DNA of 64,000 bases from Octopus vulgaris (Eukaryota): NCBI GenBank assembly GCA_951406725.2, contig OX597820.1:11470001-11534000 (forward strand). Direction: 5' to 3'. The stretch's first letter is position 1, and each line of letters starts with the position of its first letter. Under the pieces are notes generated by a model that worked only from the letters and a program-made list of their open reading frames with translations, ran no database searches and had not been told where the DNA came from. Both the position numbers and the translations under genes were made by a program. This document shows, one piece after another, positions 1 through 12,196 of the stretch.

Positions 1-575
1 ATCTAGCTGTAAACAGGAACCAGACTGAGGCACAAATGTAGAAATTATAAATGCTTTATAATTATTTTCTACTCTAATCATAGGGCCCGAAATTTGGGGG
101 GAGGGGCCAGTCGATTGGATCGGCGCCAGTATGCAACTGGTGCTTGATTTATCGGCTCCGAGGGGATGAAGGGCAAAGTCGATCTCGGCGGAATGTATTT
201 CTTACACATACATATAAACGTGTCTATAGACGAGATTTTCAAATATAACCTGTTGTATGTTGGGAGGGTCATTATGCCAATAATAAACACACGCATTGGT
301 TCTATTTCACTGGGAATCTGCACTTCAGAAATACTATAGAAGGTGCGCTTATAAAAGGTACATGTCTGAAATACCAAGAGCCGATATCTTCACTAAGCTG
401 GGTTGCGTTGTTTGCACACACAACTGGAATATTAGGTACAAACACCTCTACACGGAGTCTTGATATTCACCAGTCAAATAATATTGTTGGGCAGTACGGA
501 CTGTACCGAACTGGCAAGGGGCCTTAATTTAAGGACCTAATTCAAATTAATCTTAATTATATTTTATATATTCAT

Positions 576-606
<31 letters not shown>

Positions 607-664
607 CTACGGAGAAGTACTTGCATAGCAAGTGACTTGATCTGAGATCGTGTGCTGAAAGGAA

Positions 665-841
665 AACGATTGCAGCATGGAAGATGTTTGTAACCACTTC
701 AGAGCACGTTATTTTCACTTCAACATTTAAATTTCTCGACGAAACTATTTTCACACAAATTTTATTTAAATGATGAAGTGAAACTAACGGTTTTTGTATG
801 TTCTTAAATGGCTTACAAACATCTTCCACGCTGCAATTGTT
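665..841. mobile_element. Foldback/MITE-like long inverted repeat
   Basis: aacgattgcagcatggaagatgtttgtaacca (665-) is inverted to tggcttacaaacatcttccacgctgcaattgtt (-841); inner arms tttcact..caacatttaaa / tttaaatgatgaagtgaaa. Confidence 0.6.
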
Positions 842-850
842 CATATATAT

Positions 851-976
851 AGGCACAGGAGTGGCTGTGTGGTAAGTAGCTTGTTTACCAGCCACATGGT
901 TCCGGGTTCAGTCCCACTGCGTGGCATTTTGGGCAAGTGTCTTCTACTATAGCCTCGGGCCGACCAAAGCCTTGTG
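851..976 (+). mobile_element. tRNA-derived SINE family B, 5' part
   Basis: ggcacaggagtggctgtgtggtaagtag (A box)...gggttcagtccc (B box)...gggcaagtgtcttc; many copies in window. Confidence 0.85.
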
Positions 977-996
977 CCGACCACAAACACATACAC

Positions 997-1119
997 AAGA
1001 GCGTAGGCTCGAAATGTAAAAGACTTGTTTTATTTATATTCCTGAGCGCCATACTAATACAATTGTTTGTTTGTACTCCACCTGCCTTCGTCTTTTGTTT
1101 ATTTTCATAAAGCTTCCCG

Positions 1120-1120
<1 letters not shown>
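997..1120 (+). mobile_element. Penelope-like terminal repeat fragment (family P2) with 5'-truncated hammerhead
   Basis: gagcgtaggctc-gaaa-tgta-aaagac; homologous to 12975-13148 and 24265-24415; ends in (TA)n. Confidence 0.6.
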
Positions 1121-1178
<58 letters not shown>

Positions 1179-1180
1179 TA

Positions 1181-1342
1181 CGACGGGCTTCTTTCAGTTT
1201 CCGTCTACCAAATCCACTCACAAGGCTTTGGTCGGCCCGAGCTATAGTAGAAGACACTTGCCCAAGGTGCCACGCAGTGGGACTGAACCCGCAACCATGT
1301 GGTTGGTAAGCAAGCTACTTACCACACAGCCACTCCTGCACC
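1181..1342 (-). mobile_element. SINE family B, 5' half (inverted relative to 851-976)
   Basis: reverse complement of the family B head. Confidence 0.85.
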
Positions 1343-1629
1343 TATATATATATATATATATATTAATCAAGAGGCGTTAAGATATATAGGATACATAAGC
1401 GTATATAATTGTAAGGGTGTGTGTTTGTGTATGCATCTTTTATCGTTTATTTCTTTCAGTCATTGGACTGCGACCAAGCTGGGGCACCGTCTTGAAGAGC
1501 TTAATCGTATTTCTTTGGGGTTTTTTTTTTGAAAGATTGCTACTTAATCTATCAGTTTCTTTTGTCGATCTGCGAATATACAAGAGCGTAAACAAACCAG
1601 CACAGTATATTGTCAAGCGATAAGGGAAC

Positions 1630-1662
<33 letters not shown>

Positions 1663-1869
1663 ATGACACCATATATATATGTCAGGCTTAAACACAGTTT
1701 CTGTCAACCAAATCCACTCAAACGACATTGGTCTGCCTGGGTTTATAATAGAGTAGACTTGTCCAAAATGCTTCACAGTGGGACTGAACAAGAAACCACG
1801 TTTATTAGTAGTGGACTAGCTCACTTCTCGCCTGGGGACGTCCATCACAACAGTTATAAGTGATCTTAA

Positions 1870-2197
1870 TCATATCCTGGAGGACTTATCCCATCACGAA
1901 ACAGCAGTTTGGAGATCTGCCTTTTTTCCGCCATTATAAGGGGAAAGCACATGCGCTTTGCAGGACAACGCTGGCGAGCTAAACATGAGCTGGCAAGTGG
2001 TCTACTGCTATGGATGCCAAAGCATGGCCGTACTCTTAGCAGGTCGTCCGAACACAATGTATTGTAGATCAATCACCACAGACACTGGATGCCACCCGGA
2101 AGACCTCCGTCAATGCAGGGCCGAGGCGGATGACGTGTGCGGATGACGTGTGCGGATTTAAAATGTCCGAACAAATTTTACCGGATGATGACGATGA
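1870..2197 (+). pseudogene. RTE-type LINE 3' end remnant (C-terminus of RT ORF)
   Basis: frameshifted RGKHMRFAGQRWRAKHELASGLLLWMPKHGRT..GRPNTMY..TDTGCHPEDL, matching the RxRFAGHxWR..LLWxP..GRP C-terminal motif of RTE-type elements; GAT-repeat tail. Confidence 0.65.
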
Positions 2198-2741
2198 GAG
2201 GACGATCTTTATCTTCTGGTTCTGTTAATTTGACTAGACTCTGTGTGTGTGTGTGTGTGAGTGTGAGTGGGCGTCAGTGTGAGTGTGAGTGTGAGTGTCT
2301 GTTTATCAGTTGTGCTACTCGTTTATGAAATGCAACGGATTGAATTTCAATTTTATGACATTTCGTCTTTTATTCCAATAACTCAAAGAAATAAAATGTT
2401 TGAAGACCGATCAACTCCAATTCACCCACGCACGCACGCAAAGCATATAGCTCGCACACGCACAATGCATACAGATATGAGAGCTTAACACGCTAGTGTG
2501 GTAGTGATGATGGTGGTGGTGGTGGCGGCGGCAGCGGCGGTGATGAGGTCTTTAACTTTTAAGCTGTGCTTTATGTTTTGTTTTTAACTAAGGGATGTCT
2601 TCCATTCATTTCTAAGTGTGGTCTTCCGTCTCCTTCGTAAAGACACGTCACATGGCTGAATCGGAAACATCCGTATGCCTATGTTGTTCAGCATGACGTC
2701 AGGTTTATCTTTAGCAAGTTAATAGAGTACCGTGTAGCACT

Positions 2742-2982
2742 AAGCATGGCTTAGTGGTTAGAGTGTTGGACTCATAATCGTAAGAATGCGATTTCGATTC
2801 CAGGACCGGATGGTGCGTTGTGTTCTTGAGCAAGGCACTTCATTTCACGTTGCTCCAGACCATTCAGCTTCTAAAATTGAGCTATCATGTGACGGACCAG
2901 CGTCCCATCCACTGGGGAACATACGCGCCACAGAACCTGGGAAACCGGCCCTATGAGTCAGTATGACTCGGAGAGGATCTTA
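2742..2982 (+). mobile_element. tRNA-derived SINE family C
   Basis: tggcttagtggttaga A box, ttcgattcc B box, gttcttgagcaaggcacttcatttcacgttgctcc central domain. Confidence 0.75.
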
Positions 2983-3418
2983 ATAGAATACCGATGTAGG
3001 TTTCTTATCAAAGGATTTATTCCAGTGATAGCTAAAGTTTGCATTGTCGATCATTAGAAACATTTAATATATTTTTTTGTTAAGCAATATGTGTTGCATT
3101 GTGTAGCAATATTTCATGAATACATGTGAGTGTGTATGCATCTGTACATACATACATACATTTATGTATTTGTATATACATATACATATATATAAATATC
3201 AAATATAAATTAAAAACAGAACACAAAGGATATCGCCGTACACGTGTTTCAAGCTTTATAAACAATCCGTCATTACGTAATAACGGATATATACTCTCTC
3301 ACCTCTTCCGCTTATCTGGCATATACAGGTGCTTACACTTATCAAGTATTCACTCTAAATTTACAGTACCTACTTGATATATATATATACATATATATTT
3401 AGAGAGAGAGAGAGAGAA

Positions 3419-3459
<41 letters not shown>

Positions 3460-3501
3460 TCGAGACAGAGACAGAAGCAGAGAGAGGCTTGAAGTTTTTA
3501 G

Positions 3502-3586
3502 TTCCTGGCACTCACCGGATTCGAGCAGTCTCGAGGAGAAGGAGTGCGAAACTGCAAGGACTTTCCGGACACCGACTGAAGAGGAA
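3502..3586 (+). ncRNA. Candidate non-circularly permuted hammerhead ribozyme, family X1 copy A
   Basis: GCACTC(3508-13)/GAGTGC(3542-47)-GAAA; GCAGT-C(3525-30)/ACTGC(3551-55); TCG/CGA-CTGAAGA(3576-82); CCGGA/TCCGG; TTCC/GGAA. Confidence 0.6.
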
Positions 3587-3709
3587 ATCAGCTGTGAATG
3601 ATCCGCGTATCTTGTTTTTGTCCTGTTTTGCCGTCTGTTATGTTATCGTCTGTTTTGCTGCATGCTCTGTTTTGTTGATTTCCGCTTGTTGTGTTCTTTC
3701 TGTCCGACC

Positions 3710-3745
<36 letters not shown>

Positions 3746-3804
3746 GTGTGTATGTGTGTGTATGTATATATGTATATATATATATGTGTGTGTATGTATG
3801 TATG

Positions 3805-3836
<32 letters not shown>

Positions 3837-3841
3837 TATAT

Positions 3842-3890
<49 letters not shown>

Positions 3891-3939
3891 CATACATACA
3901 CACACATACACACACACACGCACACACACACACATATAT

Positions 3940-4280
3940 GCTGCAAAGGCGGACAAGAGAGACCACAATTAGGACAGGCAAAAAAAAGACGGGTCATTCG
4001 TGGCTTTCTTTCCTCAGTCAAGTTCCAGAAGTCACGACCATTTCGGCAGTTACACTTGAGATGGGTCGATCTGGTGCCCCCCCCCCCTCCTTTTGAAGAA
4101 AAAGTCTAAGCTAAGAGCATTAGACCCTTTTGTAAGAAAGCTAGCGAATGTGTACGGTAACAAAGACAAAAAACAAACGAACAAAAAAACGGAGAACATG
4201 ATACACAATTACGAATACAAACAATAAGAAATAACAACAGGCGTCTTTCGATTGAAAACGATTCAAATTGAGCAGGCATG
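3940..4280 (-). mobile_element. Penelope-like repeat family X1 unit
   Basis: homologous over about 280 bp to 36857-37222 and to 21960-22172; abuts microsatellite. Confidence 0.6.
4004..4078 (-). ncRNA. Candidate non-circularly permuted hammerhead ribozyme, family X1 copy C
   Basis: minus strand: GGCA-c-CCAGA-tc-GACCCAT-C-TCAAGT-gtaac-TGCC-GAA-ATGGTC-gtgact-TCTGG-a-ACTTGA-CTGAGGA-aagaaag; intact core. Confidence 0.7.
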
Positions 4281-4647
4281 TATGAAATAAAAGCCTAAAG
4301 GCAAGAAGATAGGAGATGGACATAAGAGGTGTTGGCGGTCGGCAGTCAGACAAAGAAAGAAAGATCGTGGCTGGCCGGACACCGGTCATGTGGAAGGAGG
4401 AGAGATGGGTCGGGGACAGGGGGATTCAAGGATTGGACAAAATCAGAGACAAAGAGAAAGGTACAGGGGAGATAAAAGAGTGGGAAATAGTGGGAGTGAA
4501 AGAAAGCGAGGGCCAAGAAATGAGAGAGAGGGAGAGCGAGAAAAAGGAAGATAAAATGAGAGGGGGAATAAAAGATAGAGTAAGAGTCGTACAAAAAATT
4601 AGATACATACCTACTATAAGGTGAGCACAAGGGTGTACGTACGCCGC

Positions 4648-4679
<32 letters not shown>

Positions 4680-4699
4680 TATTCATATATATATATATC

Positions 4700-4925
4700 T
4701 CTTTACTCTTTACTCTTACTCTTTTACTTGTTTCAGTCATTTGACTGCGGCCATGCTGGAGCACCGCCTTTAGTCGAGCAAATCGAACCCGGGACTTATT
4801 CTTTGTAAGCCCAGTACTTATTCTATCGGTCTCTTTTGCCGAACCGCTAAGTTACGGGGACGTAAACACACCAGCATCGGTTGTCAAGCAATGCTAGAGG
4901 GACAAACACACAAACATATACACAC

Positions 4926-4958
<33 letters not shown>

Positions 4959-5109
4959 CATATATACGACAGGCTTCTTTCAGTTTCCGTCTGCCAAATC
5001 CACTCACAAGGCTTTGGTTGGCCCGAGGCTATAGTAGAAGACACTTGCCCAAGATGCCACGCAGTGAGACTGAACCCGTAACCATGTGGCTAGATAGCAA
5101 GCTACTTAC

Positions 5110-5114
<5 letters not shown>
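4700..5114 (-). mobile_element. SINE family B, near full length, with internal (TA)/(CA) microsatellite
   Basis: head, internal microsatellite and 3' part ending ...cagtcaaatgactgaaacaagtaaaag(agtaaa)n. Confidence 0.9.
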
Positions 5115-5152
<38 letters not shown>

Positions 5153-5306
5153 AACAAAAACGCAATAGAGGACAATAAAACATTCGGACAGATAGACGAT
5201 ACAAGGTGGACAAGCGAAACAGCAATTTGAAGGGCAGGCAAAAAAAAAAGATCATTCGTGGCTTTCTTCTCAGTTAAGTTCCATAATATAATATAACATA
5301 GTATAA

Positions 5307-5699
5307 TCTTTATATATAAAAGTGAGGTTGTGTGCTGTCTGTCTCCTACGATTTAGATTCCTAACTACTCCCACATTTTGCGGTGCAGAGTAACCAAAAC
5401 CGAGTATCTTATAGTCGTGATTCATATCGAGCCCTTCTGGGTATTAGCGCGCGTCTACGATGAGTCTACGATTATAAAAATAATTTACCATCATTTTTTC
5501 CATTTTAATGCATATTTTTAAATAAAGGGAAGTAACTCTCTAAAAATGTCTACGATGAGTCAACGATTTTTTAAAAAAATTACCATCATTTTTTTCCATT
5601 TTTAATGCATTTTTTGCTATCTTTTGGCTATAACTCTCTAAAAATGCTTATATAGTTATTTCCCTTACAAACCCGAGCAACGCCGGGCGATACTGCTTG
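5307..5699 (+). mobile_element. Non-autonomous Helitron
   Basis: A|TC 5' end (tctttatatataaaa); subterminal hairpin cccgagcaacgccggg (5672-5687); CTTG|T end (CTAG variant); no TSD; inserted in an ATAAT repeat; internal ~100-bp duplication. Confidence 0.7.
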
Positions 5700-5735
5700 T
5701 ATAATATAATATAATATAATATATATGGGTACAGA

Positions 5736-6060
5736 CCCCCTTCGGTCAGGAATAACCTTGGGATTGCGCCTAGAAAGTTCCCCTCCAAGGCACAAGTCCG
5801 GGAAAACTTGTTTATGGAAGACCAGCAGTCGCCCACGCATATCAGCCTCCTCTCCACGCCATCAGTGTTACCCAAGGGAAAACAAAAGCCGATACAGCTT
5901 GGCACCAGTGACGTCACAACTCATTTCTATGGCTGAGTGAACTGGAGCTGCGCGAAATAAAGTACCTTGCTCAAGAACACAACACAGAGCCAGGTAGGAG
6001 AATCGAACTCACAACCTCGCGATTGCGAACCCGACGCTCTAACCACTGGATCAATGCGCC
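5736..6060 (-). mobile_element. SINE family C with alternative 3' tail
   Basis: family C head at ~5940-6060; same tail recurs at 20245-20400. Confidence 0.75.
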
Positions 6061-6094
6061 ATCTACACATACATATGCACACGCACATAAATAA

Positions 6095-6167
<73 letters not shown>

Positions 6168-6438
6168 GAACTCTCGCCTCGTTAGATGATTTGTTTATCA
6201 AATGTTTGTGCCGCACGTTAGCTCACTCCTTCCATCAAATCAATAGTGCCTCGACCGGTGCACAAATGTGCCGCGCATACTCTGTTAAAATGGTTGCCCA
6301 ACAAACGTGAAATAAAGTGTTTTGTTCAACAACACAAAGAATCGCCTGCCCCGGGAATCGAACCCACGATCTAGCGGTCGTGAGTGTGACACCCTCACCA
6401 CCTTCACGTACACAAACGCGCGGCGCGCACACGAGCAC

Positions 6439-6512
<74 letters not shown>

Positions 6513-6553
6513 ACAAACGTGTATATGTGTGTATATCTATGTACGTACTTGTG

Positions 6554-6589
<36 letters not shown>

Positions 6590-7206
6590 CGTGCGTGGGT
6601 GTGTCTGAATAATGAATAGGGACGACTCACTTTGTCAGACAGATAATTTCGGAAACAGTTATCTCATCGGAACGCGGCAAACATTAGCCTGTGTTTCCGC
6701 TTCATATTCCTACGTGCTACACTTTAAATATATACATATATATGTAAATATATATATATGTGTGTGTGCGTGTGTGTATGAATGAGAGAAAATCACTTCT
6801 AGCTGTTGGTTTGTCGAAAAAGCTTTTTATCTCCTACATGGAGAATTCTGAATGTATGCTAGTTAGCTGCTCCAGCTGCTGCTGCTACTGCTGCAGTTGT
6901 TGTTCTTCTTCTCCTTCCAATCAGGACTCATACCATTAGCCAAAAAGAATAATCTCTAATTCGAGCCTACTCTAAGCTACTAAGAAGGCGTGTGGCAACT
7001 TGAAGATCCATCCACCACACGCGATAGACTGGCGGTTGCACGGGCGCGAATGCTACGCTGTTATCCTCATTCCGTAAACGGAGGCTTCTAACGGGTGGAG
7101 AGCTGAACCATCCTGGGATACAGAGGATTCGCAATCTAGACTAGGGACTGAAAGTTTACCACACCAATGTGGGTTACACCATGGTTCCTCTGCTTTGTGG
7201 CAGAAG

Positions 7207-7393
7207 TAGGAAGAAAGAGTGAGAGAAAGTTGTGGTGAAAGAGTACAGCGGGGTTCACCACAACCTCCGCCGGAGCCTCGTGGAGCTTAGGTGTTTTTGC
7301 TCAATGAACACTCACAATGCCCGGTCTGGGAATCGAAACTGCGTTCTTACGACCACGAGTCCGCTGCCCTAACCACTAGGCCATTGCGCCTTC
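7207..7393 (-). mobile_element. tRNA-derived SINE family D
   Basis: ggcgcaatggcctagtggttagggcagcggactcgtggtcg...gtttcgattccc; also at 18722-19080 and 58730-59040. Confidence 0.8.
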
Positions 7394-7502
7394 ACTGTAG
7401 TTGTTGTTGCCGTCGTTATTTGACGCCTGTTCAGTCTTCATCTGACTGATTTTTAAACAAAGGTCTTCTCACCATGACCGTCCTGTTTTTTAGTGTATAT
7501 TA

Positions 7503-7890
7503 AAGTCCACATTCCACCACACGGGCCCGCCCTTGTTGCGGTGATGTGACCTCTGTGCCTCAAATACCCTGACAGTTATGCCACCGGAGTAGAAGCAGTT
7601 AGTATGGTCTCCCTTGCCGGACAAGTCAATGAATATAAACCACCTCTTCCCAGCGGTAAAAATGGGTTTGCGTAGGGCCAACACCTCCACCTAGTTTAAA
7701 AGCAAGGTTATAGAAGCATCGATAACAATTCAGAACCAGCAGGACCGAGAATGGATATCATCCACTCAGGGAAATACGTGGTTCCCTCTTTATTGAAGAG
7801 AAGCCGAAAAGATCATCCGGAGCCGAAAACAGTGGAGAAAAAATTATCAAAAGCTTATGCTCCACTGAGAGCTAAGGGTTTAAGCAAGAA
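7503..7890 (+). mobile_element. Internally deleted RTE-type LINE (5' UTR joined to 3' end)
   Basis: 5'UTR-type motifs ccttgttgcggtg, gggtttgcgtagggccaacacctccacct; 3' end gcttatgctccactgagagctaagggtttaagcaag. Confidence 0.45.
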
Positions 7891-7950
7891 AAGGCCATAT
7901 TGTCCATTATTTTCACCTCTTTTTAAAATGTCTTAACATGACTTGAGGGA

Positions 7951-8044
7951 TTATTTACATTATTTACATTTGACGAATATTTGTCCGCATTTTGTTTGCT
8001 GTTAATACAACGTTTCGGCTGATATACACCCCAGCCTTCATCAG
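7951..8044 (-). mobile_element. Penelope-like repeat family P1 with minimal hammerhead core (5' stem I lost)
   Basis: minus: CTGATGA-a-ggctg..cagcc-GAAA-CGTT-gtatt; homologous to 15301-15675 and 43286-43432. Confidence 0.7.
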
Positions 8045-8111
8045 TTTGTAAACTTATACTTCGGAGTCTCTCAATAAGAATTGAGAGACTCCGAAGTATA
8101 AGTTTACAAAC
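8044..8111. repeat. Perfect 32-bp inverted repeat with 4-nt loop
   Basis: gtttgtaaacttatacttcggagtctctcaat-aaga-attgagagactccgaagtataagtttacaaac. Confidence 0.95.
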
Positions 8112-8527
8112 AGTTAAATAACGTGTTCAGAGAATCGTTAGCTTTTCAATCAGGGTAACAACGAAGTTTCGGATACTTATTAGGTATTTAAACCGCGTAG
8201 TTACATCTGGTTATATAACCAAATAGACAGACTCTGCGTTGCATTTCAGATCCTAGATATAGAAATCATAATTTGTTTAAACCACGGTATTCTGTAAGTG
8301 TGTGTGTATCTTTTGTGTTTCTGTTTGTTTGTTTTTTTTCTCCATTTTGTTTCCGCTCCCGTAACTCAGCGTCACAGTAAAAAGAGAACGATAGAATAAG
8401 CACCAGACAGATTTTTAAACAATAAAAACTTGGGAACGGAGTCGACTAACTTCAAAGAGTAAAAGGTAAAGAAAGTAGAAATTTAATTTCGTACCTTTTA
8501 GTGGAGAAGGGGAGAGAGGCATATTCT

Positions 8528-8603
<76 letters not shown>

Positions 8604-9146
8604 CAGACAGACAGAGATTTTAATACAGAAGTATTTTGTAAATTCCTGTATTATGCGGATAACGGTAAAAAGCACCTAATGCAAAATTTGATTACATAAG
8701 TAGCAAAGGCAACAATAAGGAAAGGTCATCGCTGTTTTGGAATGATTGATATATCTTCTTTCTGTTTGACGTCAAGTTAAAGAATCTACAGAGTAGTGCC
8801 TGCCTATATATAGCTTTCTACACTCGCAGCATGCTAATACCTGGCTGTAGTTGCATGTGGCGGAAGAACCATAAATACATGTACGCGCGCTCGCACACCA
8901 ACACACACAAATATGTTTACGTAAATAAATAGATAGATAGGTAAGTAGGTAGAGAGAGAGTATGTACGATTACATGTAGTTAAATGAACATATACACATG
9001 ATTTTGAACGTATATGTGTATATGAGTGTGTGTGTTAATAGATAGATAGAGATAGAGAGAGAGAGAGATAGATAGGTATACATGCATATATGTATATTTA
9101 CATACATATGTGTGCGCATATATATATATATGTATATATATATGTG

Positions 9147-9191
<45 letters not shown>

Positions 9192-9342
9192 ATATCTGTC
9201 TCGCGAGACTCCATTTTCAACGGTCGTGCTCCAGCATGACCGCAGCTTTGAGGTTGAAACAATTTAAAGATTTCAATATATGCACACACACACACACACG
9301 CACACACACACAAACACATACACACACACACACACATATGCT

Positions 9343-9500
9343 GAGGAGTAGCTGTGTGATAAGTAGCTTGCTTCCCAACCACATAGTTCTGGGTTCATTC
9401 CCACTGCGTGGCACTTTGGGCAAATGTCTTCCACTATAGCCTCGGGCCGACTAAAGACTTGTGAGTGGATTGGGTAAACGGAAACTGAAAGAAGCTCATT

Positions 9501-9561
<61 letters not shown>

Positions 9562-9742
9562 TGTGTGTTTGTGTGTCTGTGTTTACCCGACGTCTCTGTA
9601 ACTTAGTGTTTCGACCTAAGAGACCGATAGAATAAGTAACAGGCTTACAAAGACTAAGTCCTGGGGTCGATTTGCTCGACTGAAGGCGGTGCTCCTGCAT
9701 GGCCGCTGTCAAATGACTGAAACAAGTAAAAGAGTAAAAGAG
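9343..9742 (+). mobile_element. SINE family B with internal (GT)n
   Basis: head, microsatellite and 3' part. Confidence 0.85.
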
Positions 9743-10049
9743 TCTATGTATATATACATACGTATACATAAACATGTGTGTATGTATTTATACATGTGTG
9801 TGTATGTATGTATGTGCAATGTGTGTGTGTGTCTGTGTATGTGTCTGTATGTGTATACGTACGTATGTACGAGTGTGCAAGCATGTTCGCTTCAGTTGGT
9901 AATTATTTGGACTCTTCCACTGAGGGAGGAACTAATTTCTAACAAAGATACAAAACTCCATCGTTGGAAAGTAGATAATAAAAAAAAAGAAAACATCAGA
10001 TTTTGATCTTGAGAAAAAGTTTTGCGCATTTTTACTGTTCAACTCACAG

Positions 10050-10247
10050 CTGAATACACGTCATTGGTTGGTTGAAATTACCGCAATACGACAACTTTAA
10101 CACGAAATAATTCGTAAATATAAACTTTTCTCAAAAACGCTAAGAGTAAAAGATGTTTTATGGCACATTCTACCAGTATACGAAGTTTGAAAGTGTTTAG
10201 TTACAAAAAATTATTTTCTAAATCTGCCAGTCAAAAGGTAAAGATCC
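10050..10247. mobile_element. One-ended copy of the MITE at 61497-61767
   Basis: ends ...aattattttctaaatctgccagtcaaaaggtaaagatcc; internal homology to 61500-61690. Confidence 0.65.
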
Positions 10248-10728
10248 TATGTATATATATTTGTGTGCGTCTGTTTGTTCCACCCTACCACCATCGCTTG
10301 ACAACCGATGTGGGTGTATTTACGTCCCCGTAGCTTAGCGGATCGGCAAAAGAGAGCGATAGAATAAGTACTAGGCTTACAAAAAATATGTCCTGGGGTC
10401 AATCTGCTCGACTAAAGGCGATGTTCCAGCATAACTGCAGTCAAATGACTAAAACATTTAAAAGAATAAAAGAATATATGTCACGGAATGGTTACCAGAA
10501 TGTAACGTCGAAGATGATAATATTGGCTCCTAGAAAGAAAGACGGTTCTCATCCAGTGTCTTGTATTCAAGATCCTCTGCATGGCATTCTGCTAGTTCAA
10601 AGCCAGGAATCTGATCTGTTAGGTCTTACCAATAACGAAATTCACGTCCTGCTAACGACGCTTCGATTTATTGTCGTTAAGGCTTTGTCTGTCTCCTACC
10701 CTTCGACCAGTCTGGCCTGGTAAGACAA

Positions 10729-11006
10729 GCCTGAAGATTTCCCTCACTCCAGCATAGCTCTTCGGGTCAATGGAGCACACAGGCACTTCACGGCGACAAG
10801 GTACTTGTTGAATTGGCCGTTGACTACACAGTAGTTCTTCCGCTCTTTGACGGGTCTTATTTTTCGTCCCGCAGGGTGTCCAACAATCACCTTCCTCACC
10901 AAGCAAGCTTGATGGGGTTGCCAGTTTAATCGCCGACGACCCGACCATGCGACAAGTTGTACCGGGTTACATGTTACCAGTGGCGCCCAAGCGCGACCTG
11001 ACACGG
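10729..11006 (-). repeat. Dispersed GC-rich repeat (possible LINE 5' end); second copy 27217-27414
   Basis: both copies begin tgtcaggtcgc..cttgggcgc.actggtaacatgtaacc and share taaactggcaacccca. Confidence 0.6.
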
Positions 11007-11716
11007 ACATGTAAAGCAGAGGACGGGCAAAAGCTTAAAATGAAGAAAGGACACGTTACATAATGTACTGTAATGTAGAATAATTCTGAAAATAAGATGG
11101 GTTGGGCATTGCTGGAATGCCTTTGATGATGGATCAGGATTATTAGACTGAACCTCATAAGACGCAGGACTTTATGCCTAGCAGAGAATTCTTATCATTC
11201 TTTCCGTTTTCCTATTTACACCTGTCATAATTATAAATATATATTAATTATAATTAATATATATAATAATTACTATATACACAAGATTACTTGCCCTTAC
11301 TTTCTCTCTCTCTCTCTCTCTCTCTCTCCCTCTTTCTAACTATCTATCTATCTTTCTTTCTTTCTCTATTTTTCTTGCTTTTCACGTCAGCGTTCCATCT
11401 ACTCATTCTTCCCCCTATTTTGTTACGTCAAGCAAGCTATCATTTCATTTTCCCCCTCTCCTCCTTTATTTATTCCTTATTGCTTTCCGCCCTTTTCTTC
11501 TCTTATCACGAGACTTAAGTTTCATTCAATGGAATTACTCAATGAAAACAATGTAACAAAGGAAATCAGCTAAATACGGTCAATGTTAATTTCAAGCTAA
11601 TTCTAAACTAACCATTATACGTTTACGTCTGTATATTAATGTGTTTTTATATCGTCATTAATTCCCCCTTTTTCTATCTCTCTGTGTACACAACGTCACA
11701 GATGTATGTATGTTTG

Positions 11717-11755
<39 letters not shown>

Positions 11756-11776
11756 CATCCATACATATATATAAGT

Positions 11777-11821
<45 letters not shown>

Positions 11822-12108
11822 AGTACATGTTAACATATACGCACACATGTATGGGTTCATACACACAGACCCATATATATATAAATATATACACGCAAAC
11901 ACAAACACACATATATATATATATTCATAGAGTGAGAGGGTGGAAAGGGGCGTAGGAAGAAAGGGTGGGGAAAGAGAGAGGCATGTGTGTGCGTATGTAG
12001 GCGTCCGCGCAAATACGCGCTTACAATATATATATATAACCGTGTATTTGTATCTCTCTAGACAGTTTACTGTTTTTTTTAATTTTCATCTTTTCTGTCA
12101 CTTTCTAC

Positions 12109-12196
<88 letters not shown>

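Noticed and set aside
3990-4020. Ordinary type-I hammerhead CUGAGGA...GAAU in family X1
   Set aside because: No conserved stem II or stem I in that register; the permuted model explains the covariation better.
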